From IMG/VR virus record IMGVR_UViG_3300022666_000356, positions 1 to 47,824 of that record: a stretch of DNA of 47,824 nucleotides, one strand, 5' to 3'. How positions within the stretch are numbered: the first letter of the stretch is position 1; every line of letters begins with the position of its first letter. The position numbers and the translations under genes are program-made. Below the pieces are notes generated by a model. The model did not search any database. It was not told the origin of the DNA and saw only the letters and a list, made by a program, of their open reading frames with translations. Shown piece after piece: positions 19,897-27,609 of this stretch. The stretch comes from a virus (taxonomy: Duplodnaviria > Caudoviricetes).

Positions 19897-20349
19897 ATGG
19901 CGATGAACGCAACAGTGGGAGCCGGTGGAGAGGTGCGGGTGCTGGACGGGTCAACGGTAACTGCGCAGTGGATAGACTGCGACGAGGGAGAGCGGCTGCT
20001 CGTCCTCGACGACCGGATCGCGCAGATTCTCAATGCGCTTGAGGCCAACGGATCGACGCAGGCCGCGGCGGCCGCGCAGGCGATCCGGCAGACCGGGCGC
20101 ATTGTGGGGCGGTTTGTTAACCGGGGGGAGGGGTGGCTAAAAAAAGTCCCCACGGTCCCCCCGCCAATTGTGGGAAGCATACATTCGTGCACCGTGCGAT
20201 CCATTAACGGGGCCATCATTGCCGAAATCGCGCCTGGGTCGGAGGTAAAAATCCCGTTCCGGTACGCCTCAGGGTTATCGGTGGGGGATGTCGTGCGCGT
20301 GCGGATCTCCCGCATTGGACCGGCGCGGCCAGTCGGCATTCCGGTCTGA
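19897..20349 (+). CDS. Hypothetical protein, last late gene
   Basis: GAGG RBS, immediately after fibre gene, followed by hairpin. Confidence 0.55.
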   Translation: MAMNATVGAGGEVRVLDGSTVTAQWIDCDEGERLLVLDDRIAQILNALEANGSTQAAAAAQAIRQTGRIVGRFVNRGEGWLKKVPTVPPPIVGSIHSCTVRSINGAIIAEIAPGSEVKIPFRYASGLSVGDVVRVRISRIGPARPVGIPV

Positions 20350-20364
20350 TTACGCAGGTATTCA

Positions 20365-20397
20365 AAGCCGGCCCTGGTCACCATCCAGGGCCGGTTT
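20365..20397 (+). terminator. Late operon terminator-like hairpin
   Basis: AAGCCGGCCCTGG / CCAGGGCCGGTTT. Confidence 0.55.
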
Positions 20398-20696
20398 GCC
20401 TTGTCACCCTCCCGCAGCTTCGGCCTCCCGTGGCAATCCGTCGCTTCTCCCCACTGCCGATCCTCCGCCCTGACCGCTATCAATTCCGCCCCACCCCGTT
20501 GTTTCCCCCTGTTGCCGGCATTGCGGCCTGCCGTCGGACGGTGGCCACGGCGGCCAGGACGGTGACGGGGCTGCCGACCAGCTGCTCCCGACCTGCTGCC
20601 GCAGCTGCGCTCTACCCACGCCCACCGGTGGACATTGCCTCGATTCATTCATCGATGAACCGATGAACGGCATAGGGTAGTCGCGGAGCTGTAAAC

Positions 20697-20741
20697 GTCT
20701 AGTACCTGGTGTACCCGGTGTACCTGGGGAATTTATTTAGA
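20697..20741. repeat. Three 9-bp-period GTACC[CT]GG units plus AT-rich tail, shared with 45929-46013
   Basis: GTACCTGGT GTACCCGGT GTACCTGGG GAATTTATTTAGA. Confidence 0.85.
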
Positions 20742-20778
20742 ACGATCGCGCGCCCGGGTGATTATTGTTTTGCGTAAG

Positions 20779-20809
20779 TTATCCCCAGGTTGGGATAACC
20801 TGGGGATAA
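20779..20809. repeat. 13-bp perfect inverted repeat built of DnaA-box-like 9-mers
   Basis: TTATCCCCAGGTT-gggat-AACCTGGGGATAA. Confidence 0.75.
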
Positions 20810-20894
20810 TGTTCTCAATGGCGAACATCGATGCTTCGACGATACCCCTGCACCCAGGTCCCACCGGTCGTGTGATCAACGCCTAAAACGCAAC

Positions 20895-20932
20895 AAAAAA
20901 GGGGGCCACCGGTGCTCCCGGTGGCCCCCTTT
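20895..20932 (-). terminator. Early operon intrinsic terminator (possibly bidirectional)
   Basis: AAAAAAGGGGGCCACCGG-tgctc-CCGGTGGCCCCCTTT just after the last - strand gene. Confidence 0.85.
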
Positions 20933-20943
20933 GGGATCAGTCG

Positions 20944-21303
20944 TCAATCCTCATATTCGTCTTCCAGCTGCTCCGCTGGATCATCAGGCCCCCCATCGTC
21001 CGGCAACCAGGCCGGGGCCGGAAGCGAGGGGATGGGCTGCGGGACAACCCAGAGATCGATGGGCCGGATGTGGACCCGGCCGGCCGCTACCCGGGCGACC
21101 TCTTCGGTGGTCGGAGTGATAGCATAGATGGATCCGGCGCTGAACATTTTTGAGAATGCCGGCTGCTCTTCGTTGGCTGGCACATCGACCCGGAGGAATG
21201 CAGTGCCGGCGATGACGACTTCACTGCACTGGCCGGCGATGATACTCCGGCCCATGAGTTCTACCACTGCCCACCCATTGAACTGAGCTTTTTCTGTTTC
21301 CAT
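20944..21303 (-). CDS. Conserved phage hypothetical protein
   Basis: GAAAGGA RBS; WAVVELMG..IAG...FLRVDVP...SIYAITP; acidic tail. Confidence 0.75.
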   Translation of the reverse strand: METEKAQFNGWAVVELMGRSIIAGQCSEVVIAGTAFLRVDVPANEEQPAFSKMFSAGSIYAITPTTEEVARVAAGRVHIRPIDLWVVPQPIPSLPAPAWLPDDGGPDDPAEQLEDEYED

Positions 21304-21317
21304 CGTTAATTTCCTTT

Positions 21318-21410
21318 CTACATACTGACAATGATTAAAATGGCCGCCACGGTCACGGCCAAAGAACACAGTAAAACGACAACTGGAGCGCTCAACTTTA
21401 CTTTTCCCAT
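21318..21410 (-). CDS. 30-aa single-TM peptide, not in ORF track
   Basis: MGKVKLSAPVVVLLCSLAVTVAAILIIVSM; purine-rich RBS; preceded by GC hairpin 21428-21457. Confidence 0.45.
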   Translation of the reverse strand: MGKVKLSAPVVVLLCSLAVTVAAILIIVSM

Positions 21411-21491
21411 GGTATTTCCCCTTTCCAGCGGCCCGGCCGGTGACCTGGCCGGGCCGCCGAGTATGTTGATTATCGGAACCAAATTATGCTT

Positions 21492-21896
21492 TTAGGCCTC
21501 GCGCCCATCATCGCTTGAATGGCTCTTTATGATCCGTTCCGCGTTTATCACAATTGAATCCATGCCAACCCTCGACACAATGTCTTTCGTTGCCTTATAT
21601 TTTTTCCACCAGAGAGTAAGCAATTTTACAGCGCGCCACATGCATTCTGGACAAATCCCAACAGAATTTTCAAGCGTTTCGTGATTACACCCTCCCCAAG
21701 GCTCTACACTCGGGTTGAAATTTGCGATAGCTTCGGCCTTCTCCGCCCGGGCTTTCCACTCGTTTCGTTCGGTTTCTGCCTTTTCGGCACGCAGCAGGAT
21801 CTCAGCTATCATCCCTCCCGCAGCAGGGAAAAGATTGGCGACCTGCTGATAAATTCCGGCTCGGTTCAAAGCGTCTTCCATCTGTTGCTGTTCCAC
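21492..21896 (-). CDS. Hypothetical protein
   Basis: AGGAG RBS; RAEKAE twice; CNH/CPEC. Confidence 0.6.
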   Translation of the reverse strand: MEQQQMEDALNRAGIYQQVANLFPAAGGMIAEILLRAEKAETERNEWKARAEKAEAIANFNPSVEPWGGCNHETLENSVGICPECMWRAVKLLTLWWKKYKATKDIVSRVGMDSIVINAERIIKSHSSDDGREA

Positions 21897-21900
21897 GGCT

Positions 21901-22281
21901 CTACTCCTGTTTCAAATTCACTACGGCATATTCATTGTCTGCAATGGGCCGATCCGCCGGGAGCGGCTGGGTGATGATCGGGAGAAAGCGCCGCACCTCC
22001 CGACTGACCAAATATTCGCTGGTGAACATCCGCAGCTGCCAATATGTGTTGGCGGTTGCTTCCAGTTCCATGTAAATGTCAGGGCTGCTCTGGGCCAGTT
22101 GGGCCAGGATGTAGACGTTGCAAATTCCGGGAACCTGAACAAAGACGGCATCATCGCGGTAGTACGTCACTGTATACCCGCGATCGTGCAGGCCGGTGGC
22201 GGTTTCAAAACGCTGGAGCATCTTCTGAACCTGCTCCGGCAATTCCAGTTTTCGGACCCATTCAATTTTTCGCTTTGCCAT
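21901..22281 (-). CDS. Hypothetical protein
   Basis: AAGGGG RBS, tight packing. Confidence 0.6.
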   Translation of the reverse strand: MAKRKIEWVRKLELPEQVQKMLQRFETATGLHDRGYTVTYYRDDAVFVQVPGICNVYILAQLAQSSPDIYMELEATANTYWQLRMFTSEYLVSREVRRFLPIITQPLPADRPIADNEYAVVNLKQE

Positions 22282-22327
22282 TTTTCCCCTTTGTGTTTCA
22301 GCTACTGATAACGCCGATTATCGGTAC

Positions 22328-22555
22328 CTAAAATAGTTTTTCCTGCCTGCCCCCATGAGGGCATTTAAAGAAGGTCTCCTCTTTGAAGATTTTCTCTTCG
22401 AGGTCGGTATCACTCACCCTCTCAACAGCCATTCCGCCAGCGATGAAACTGGAAACGTCCTTAGCCGTCGATTTGTCCATATAATCGGCACAAAGGGCCA
22501 TCACGCACCCGCAGGGCAACCGCCCAATATAACTGAATCCGGTCTGTGTTTTCAT
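22328..22555 (-). CDS. Hypothetical protein
   Basis: PCGC, CPH; ends QEKLF. Confidence 0.55.
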   Translation of the reverse strand: MKTQTGFSYIGRLPCGCVMALCADYMDKSTAKDVSSFIAGGMAVERVSDTDLEEKIFKEETFFKCPHGGRQEKLF

Positions 22556-22570
22556 CGCTCACTTCTCCAT

Positions 22571-22783
22571 TTATCGGAACCGGATCTTGATGAACTCAAT
22601 GTCCCAGTCCGGATCGCTCCAGACTGACTCGCCGCTGGCCTCTACCTCCATCCGGTCGTCGTCTTCGATGAACAGGAGCTTCACTGGCTCATTGCAACAA
22701 CCGCACTGAGTAAACATCACGTCGGCCGGGTCGCTGTTTTCCTCTCCACACTGTGGGCAATTCCAGGGGTATAGGTAGCTCAT
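22571..22783 (-). CDS. Zn-ribbon hypothetical protein
   Basis: CPQC, CGCC; GAGGA RBS. Confidence 0.55.
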   Translation of the reverse strand: MSYLYPWNCPQCGEENSDPADVMFTQCGCCNEPVKLLFIEDDDRMEVEASGESVWSDPDWDIEFIKIRFR

Positions 22784-22785
22784 GG

Positions 22786-23220
22786 CTATTCCTCCGCCAG
22801 ATCATCGGCCAGAACATCGACTCCATAATGGGCATTGAACATCTCAATAGCTTCAGCAAGGCCCGGGTGGCGGAAATATAAATCACCTTCGCGGGTACGG
22901 TGGGCGAAGACCAGACGCAAATGACGGGGACTAGCCGGCTCGATCGAAACCCGGCAGCACATCAGGTGAGCCATGAGCACCAGCTGCGTGAGCTGATCGC
23001 CGTCAAAGGTGGCCAGCCAGTGACTTTTGTCGACCACGATGGTGATAAAATCCGTGTTGCTCCAGTCCACCTTCTTGGCCTGATCCTCAATGTGGTAGAT
23101 CCCCTGATAGAGATCTCCCAGAATGGTGGCGGCTTTCTTTCCGATCGGCGACAAGGGCCCTTTGTAATGACCGTTTTCAATTTGACTTTGAATCCAGCTT
23201 GCTCCAGCGTAGTGGTTCAT
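22786..23220 (-). CDS. Conserved phage hypothetical protein
   Basis: LATFD...LT.LV..AH..C.RVSI...RHP; AAGGAG RBS. Confidence 0.7.
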   Translation of the reverse strand: MNHYAGASWIQSQIENGHYKGPLSPIGKKAATILGDLYQGIYHIEDQAKKVDWSNTDFITIVVDKSHWLATFDGDQLTQLVLMAHLMCCRVSIEPASPRHLRLVFAHRTREGDLYFRHPGLAEAIEMFNAHYGVDVLADDLAEE

Positions 23221-23645
23221 TTTGACTCCTTTACCGGCAATGCGTGGGGGATAATCTCCAGGACTGCGGCGGCATCCCGGATCTCGGCCATGGCCTCAGC
23301 GCCATATCCCCAGGGATCTCCTTCGCTGTACCATGCCGGCCAGGGGCCGAAGTGGCCCGGCCGGACCTGATCGCCGTCGGCAATGTATTTCCACAGTTCC
23401 TGAACCAGCTTTAGCAGTGTCCCCCCTTCGCTGAAGTGATTGAAGCTTTCGAGGTAACGAACTGCATGCGTTCGTTCTTTGGTTCCCTCATCAAACCAAC
23501 TGATCCATCCCGCTTCGTCAATCTCGAAGTGACTGACCTTTCCCTCATGCTCGAAAAAGTTATAGCCGCGTTCGGCGATGAAACACAGCAGTGAGTTGGC
23601 GTTGCTGGCCCGGATCTGGCGGGCCTCGATAGTTTTGGCGTTCAT
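23217..23645 (-). CDS. Conserved phage hypothetical protein
   Basis: FSEGGTL..LV, WGY; ATG 23645 overlaps upstream stop. Confidence 0.7.
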   Translation of the reverse strand: MNAKTIEARQIRASNANSLLCFIAERGYNFFEHEGKVSHFEIDEAGWISWFDEGTKERTHAVRYLESFNHFSEGGTLLKLVQELWKYIADGDQVRPGHFGPWPAWYSEGDPWGYGAEAMAEIRDAAAVLEIIPHALPVKESK

Positions 23646-23920
23646 CGCAGGACTCCCAGTTTTTTCAGCGCTTCTTCCAGCGTGATCTCCCGGCGGATCG
23701 CCCCCTCTCCTTCGCACTCACTGCAAATCGTCTCGTCTTCCCGCAGCGCCGAAACATCGTGACCACAGCTCAGCGTTTTAGAGGCCCAGGGCATGCAGGC
23801 GTCAGGGGCCTGATCCTCGCCACAGATACCGCAATATAGCCGCGACCCATTGTATCCGTCCCCATGGCATTCCGGGCACTCCCCGGACTCGATTACGTAG
23901 AATTTCGTTTTGTCGTTCAT
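23642..23920 (-). CDS. Zn-finger protein (DnaJ-like CxxCxGxG motifs)
   Basis: CPECHGDG, CGIC, CSECEGEG; GGAGGA RBS. Confidence 0.65.
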   Translation of the reverse strand: MNDKTKFYVIESGECPECHGDGYNGSRLYCGICGEDQAPDACMPWASKTLSCGHDVSALREDETICSECEGEGAIRREITLEEALKKLGVLR

Positions 23921-23960
23921 CGGTTCCTCCGTTTGAATTCTGCTCTACAATGCCGCCCTC

Positions 23961-24155
23961 TTATTCAGAGGGTTTATTCGTGCGCCGCGCCGGGTGCAGC
24001 AGATCGACCCTGACGGTCCGGTGTTTCCCCTGCCAGTCGCGAACATAGGCCGTTTTCCCGTCCTGGGAGAGGTAAACGATCCTTCCCGCGCCGTCCTCCC
24101 CCCAGATGACATGATCTCCTACCTGAATTTTTCGTTCTTCCTGTTTCTCATCCAT
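23961..24155 (-). CDS. Small SH3/KOW-like protein
   Basis: IQVGDHV...GRIV...AYVR. Confidence 0.55.
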   Translation of the reverse strand: MDEKQEERKIQVGDHVIWGEDGAGRIVYLSQDGKTAYVRDWQGKHRTVRVDLLHPARRTNKPSE

Positions 24156-24369
24156 TGCCCACCCACTCCGGCTTCATCGCCATAATCAAGTTTGCGAATT
24201 CATGGGCCGGGAGCATTTCACCGCCCATCTGATAAACCATGTCGATGTGGTAGTCGGCGGCTTCCCGGATACGTTCAAAATCGAGCAGGTAAGCCCGGAC
24301 ACCGCAGCCGACGATTTCAGCCAGGACTTGATCTTCATAATTTTTTTGTTGCTGCGCTACCCAATCCAT
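24148..24369 (-). CDS. Hypothetical protein
   Basis: Operon packing, RBS. Confidence 0.5.
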   Translation of the reverse strand: MDWVAQQQKNYEDQVLAEIVGCGVRAYLLDFERIREAADYHIDMVYQMGGEMLPAHEFANLIMAMKPEWVGNG

Positions 24370-24371
24370 CG

Positions 24372-24893
24372 TTACTTCCCCCCCGGCAAAGCCATTTTGT
24401 GAGCCAGGTTACTCATCTGGAGCATAGCCCGCTCCGCCTTTTCCGTCGTAAGCGCGGCGGCCTGGTTTTGAATCCGCGTGCTACAGGTCTCGTAGATTTT
24501 GCGGAATTGCCCGCGGATGATCGAGATGTCTTCCGAAAGGCAAATTTCGCGCCAGCCGATGGAATTTACGGCCTGGGTGATCGACTGATGTGAAAACCTT
24601 GGAATTCCGTAAGATCCGACGGCGTAGATCTGCCGCATTACCTCGCCCCAGGCTTCGTCGTGGTCGGGAGGCCGTGTTTCGGACGATTCCATAACGGCCT
24701 GCCGGATCTCGGAAACGCTGGGGAAAAATTGATTATGGCTCAAAGCCCAGACCACGCCCCGCTTCAGATCGGAGATCGGCACATCGGCCAGCATGACCAT
24801 GTAAACAGCGAACGATTCCGGGGTGAGTTTGTTGTTGGGATACGCTGCCGCCAACATCCTCAAAACGGGTAACATTTCTGATTCAGTGGCCAT
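24372..24893 (-). CDS. Replicative helicase loader/inhibitor (G39P-like)
   Basis: LAAAYP, FFPSVSEIR, AWGEV, IGWREIC; directly downstream of initiator. Confidence 0.8.
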   Translation of the reverse strand: MATESEMLPVLRMLAAAYPNNKLTPESFAVYMVMLADVPISDLKRGVVWALSHNQFFPSVSEIRQAVMESSETRPPDHDEAWGEVMRQIYAVGSYGIPRFSHQSITQAVNSIGWREICLSEDISIIRGQFRKIYETCSTRIQNQAAALTTEKAERAMLQMSNLAHKMALPGGK

Positions 24894-25797
24894 GAATTAC
24901 CTCCCCATCGACTACGTTTTCAGGCTCAAACCCTGATTTTCCCATCAGGGCGCTTTCGAGAGCATTCAAGGCATCCATCCCGGTGGGTTGCTGCGACTGG
25001 CCTTGAATTTTCCGGGGCTGCGGCCGCTGGCCGGGAATTTCGCGCCGGTTATACCAATCCAGCATTCCGTTCACGTCGAACGGAGCCCAACCTTTCCCGC
25101 GCCACCCGAGAATGACCTTTCCCCAAAAATCGAGATCCTCTTCCGGGATCTTTGCCAGTTCCGGGAAAATTTCCCTTGCCGGCCAGCGTCCGGTTATGGC
25201 ATGAAACTTAACGGCGGCTGGAACTTCTTTTCCCTTGAGGGAATCATTGCGATTTTTGGGGGCCGGAGCGGTAGATTCCCGAAGGGAATCATTTTTCTTT
25301 CCAGATCCCGGTTTTTTTTGCGGTTCAACATCTTCTTCTTCTCTCCTCTTCTCTTCTCTACTCTCCTCTTCTCTTAATGACGTGACTTTTGCCTGACTCA
25401 CGTCTTTGTCACTCGTGACACTCGCGTTACTCTTGGCCTTTTCACGGCTGCGGCGCTGGCGGTCGTTCCATTCCTCGCGCCGTTGGGCTTGTGACGGCCC
25501 CTGACGATCGATGAATCCCAACACCACCCAAACCCCTTCTTCCAGAACGATGAACCCGGCCTTGGTAAGGGCCTCGAAGTCTCCCTTGATCGTCGCGTCG
25601 TCTACCCGCAGCATCCAGGCGATATCCTCCAGCGTCAGCGGGCGGCCGTCGTCGGCCAGATATCCTCCGCAGTCGCACTTTCCCGCCAGGGCTTCCAGCT
25701 GGACGACCCTCCATCGTTGTATTTCCGTCAGTCGTCCCATGCGCGGATCATCGAGGATCGACGTTTGAAGTTTTACCCATGGCATTGAAGTTTGCAT
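24883..25797 (-). CDS. Phage replication initiator (replisome organiser-like)
   Basis: WVKL...LDDP.M..L, IAWMLR HTH, RQRRSRE, EESREEKRRE linker. Confidence 0.8.
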   Translation of the reverse strand: MQTSMPWVKLQTSILDDPRMGRLTEIQRWRVVQLEALAGKCDCGGYLADDGRPLTLEDIAWMLRVDDATIKGDFEALTKAGFIVLEEGVWVVLGFIDRQGPSQAQRREEWNDRQRRSREKAKSNASVTSDKDVSQAKVTSLREEESREEKRREEEDVEPQKKPGSGKKNDSLRESTAPAPKNRNDSLKGKEVPAAVKFHAITGRWPAREIFPELAKIPEEDLDFWGKVILGWRGKGWAPFDVNGMLDWYNRREIPGQRPQPRKIQGQSQQPTGMDALNALESALMGKSGFEPENVVDGEVIHGH

Positions 25798-25852
25798 ACC
25801 AGTCCTCCAGGTTTATAGATTGGCTCCGGCGCCGGGCCGGAGCCTGGTGTTT

Positions 25853-25981
25853 TTACTGAACGATCCTGACATTGATGGGCGGCTGCGGGGGCGGTGGAGG
25901 GGGCGGCGTTACCCATGCATCGACGATGAAGTAGATCCCCGTCAGGATGAACCCCAACATAAATACTGCTCCTGCGTTCAT
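25853..25981 (-). CDS. 42-aa single-TM polyproline peptide, not in ORF track
   Basis: GAAAGGAG RBS; MNAGAVFMLGFILTGIYFIVDAWVTPPPPPPPQPPINVRIVQ. Confidence 0.6.
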   Translation of the reverse strand: MNAGAVFMLGFILTGIYFIVDAWVTPPPPPPPQPPINVRIVQ

Positions 25982-25999
25982 CTGCTGCTCCTTTCGTGA

Positions 26000-26068
26000 C
26001 TACAACAACAACACAACTTTGACAACAACAACAACCAAACAACATCAGGCTTTGTGTTGTTGTTGTAG
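26000..26068. repeat. CAA-based repeat array spanning the FtsK stop codon
   Basis: 17-bp perfect inverted repeat CTACAACAACAACACAA (26000-26016 / 26052-26068) enclosing GACAACAACAACAACCAAACAACA. Confidence 0.85.
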
Positions 26069-27517
26069 GATGGCCCGCACCCTATCAATGTAGTGCGGGT
26101 TACCGTAACCAAACACCTCGCGGGCGATGGCTGTATCGCTGGCTCCCGCGTCGTGCATTTCCCAGACCCGGCGCTCCCGATCTCCGATTGGGGCGATGAC
26201 TGGGGCCGGGGCCGGGTGACTCGGGCCGCCGTGCTGCAGGACCTCGGCCAGTTCCTCGCGGGTGCAGTAGGGGGCCTGGACTTCCATCCGGGGCTTCCCG
26301 ACGAGCTGCACTACGGCCCGGCCTTTGACCTGGATCTCGGCGGCCGACCGGTCATCAAGCACTACCCGGCTCGACGACGGCGGAATTCTGAAGCAGACCC
26401 GGGTGGAGAACTGATCCCGGGTCTGGGTGTCCACTACGTCAGACCGGGCGGATTGCCCGGCCAGGAGCAGGTAGATCCCATATTGCCGGGCGGTCTGGGC
26501 GACCTCCCGCAGGGGCCGCCCGATCCCGCCCTGGTTCAGGAGGTTGGTGGCCTCATCGGCCACGACCAGCCAGGGGGAAAGTTCGTTGCCGGTGATTTTG
26601 TTGTACCCTGGCAGGTCGCAGGCCAGCGGCACCGTCTCCCACATTGCCCGCCGGCGGGCGATTTCATTCCGCACTTCGCCCAGAAGAGATTCAGCCTCTT
26701 CGGCGCTGCGGGCCACCGGAAAACGCAGCCGGTCCCAGTCCCGCAGTAGATTGAATTCGCTACCGCTCACATCGATAGCGATGACATCAAGGCCCTGGGG
26801 GGCCTGGGCGATCTGCCAGATCAACTGGCGGACCCAGGTGCTCTTCCCCCAGCCACTTGCGCCGATCGCCATCGTGTGCATCAGATCATGGATGGATGCC
26901 GTTACGAGCTGCTGCTGTCCACCATCCAGGCCGACCCCGACAACCAGGTTATTGAGATCCGGCTGCCGACCCTGGAACAGGTCGGTGAGCTGGATCATCG
27001 CCGGCAACACCCCGGCGGGGCCGGTGAGGGTGGCCGGTGACTCTGCCGCCGGCAGGATCTGCACCGACCGGCCCCCGGCCTCTACCGTCAGCCCCTCCGC
27101 CGCGGTGGCCAGGGCCTGCACCCGTTGCACTTCCAGCGCCCCAATGAGCGCCGCCGGCGAGCTGGCCGGGCCCCTGTTTGGGTCGTAGATGATTTCCCCC
27201 TGGCGAAGCCGGATCAGGGGGTAGAGGCCCCCCTGGGGGTAGATCTGGCGGGAGCGCCGCTCCATCCAGATCAGGCCGATGATGACCGCGGCCGCGAGAC
27301 CGAAGGCCGCCGTCCCCTCAGTGACGATCGTGGTGGCTACGCGGACCCCCTGCAAGGCCCCGTCCCGCTCCAGCGTCAAAATGCGCTGGTCTTTGTCCAT
27401 CCAGCGCGCTACTCCGGTGCCGGCCGCAGCCAGCAGCAGGCCGATGATGACACCGGCGCATACCAGCCCGACCACTCCACCGATGATGACCTGCTGCGTG
27501 CTGCGTTCTCTTTCCAT
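26045..27517 (-). CDS. FtsK/SpoIIIE-family DNA translocase (TraB-like): two N-terminal TM helices, C-terminal HTH
   Basis: H.MAIGASGWGKS, VVADEA, ARQYGIYLLLAGQ, RVCFR, GRA; C-term GASDTAIAREVFG. Confidence 0.88.
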   Translation of the reverse strand: MERERSTQQVIIGGVVGLVCAGVIIGLLLAAAGTGVARWMDKDQRILTLERDGALQGVRVATTIVTEGTAAFGLAAAVIIGLIWMERRSRQIYPQGGLYPLIRLRQGEIIYDPNRGPASSPAALIGALEVQRVQALATAAEGLTVEAGGRSVQILPAAESPATLTGPAGVLPAMIQLTDLFQGRQPDLNNLVVGVGLDGGQQQLVTASIHDLMHTMAIGASGWGKSTWVRQLIWQIAQAPQGLDVIAIDVSGSEFNLLRDWDRLRFPVARSAEEAESLLGEVRNEIARRRAMWETVPLACDLPGYNKITGNELSPWLVVADEATNLLNQGGIGRPLREVAQTARQYGIYLLLAGQSARSDVVDTQTRDQFSTRVCFRIPPSSSRVVLDDRSAAEIQVKGRAVVQLVGKPRMEVQAPYCTREELAEVLQHGGPSHPAPAPVIAPIGDRERRVWEMHDAGASDTAIAREVFGYGNPHYIDRVRAILQQQHKA

Positions 27518-27531
27518 GACCCTGACTCCTG

Positions 27532-27540
27532 TGCTATAAT
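27532..27540 (+). promoter_or_regulatory. Antisense extended -10 promoter
   Basis: TGcTATAAT, perfect consensus. Confidence 0.7.
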
Positions 27541-27546
27541 CTTTCT

Positions 27547-27609
27547 GTCGGTGGAGCTGTGACCCTCTCCACCCTGGCCCTGCCGCTGCCCGGCGGGGCC
27601 TTTTGTTTT
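27547..27609 (+). ncRNA. Candidate ~60-nt antisense RNA (hairpin plus terminator)
   Basis: GGTGGAG-ctgtgaccct-CTCCACC then GGCCCTGCCG/CGGCGGGGCC + TTTTGTTTT; G-U pair favours + strand. Confidence 0.6.

Noticed and set aside
19809-20673. ORFs 19809-20648, 20404-20673 and 20430-20666
   Set aside because: Low-complexity GC-driven translations with no RBS or motifs; one is antisense to a better gene.
18315-20696. Diversity-generating retroelement targeting the tail fibre
   Set aside because: No reverse transcriptase in the window, and I saw no adenine-variant template repeat.
25773-26045. ORF-track 90-aa Cys/Val-rich protein
   Set aside because: Artefact of reading the TTG/CAA repeats; the 42-aa ORF with a strong RBS explains the region better.
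26045-27517. Host cell-division FtsK or phage packaging ATPase
   Set aside because: Too short, embedded in a phage early operon, and a full terminase/portal set already exists.
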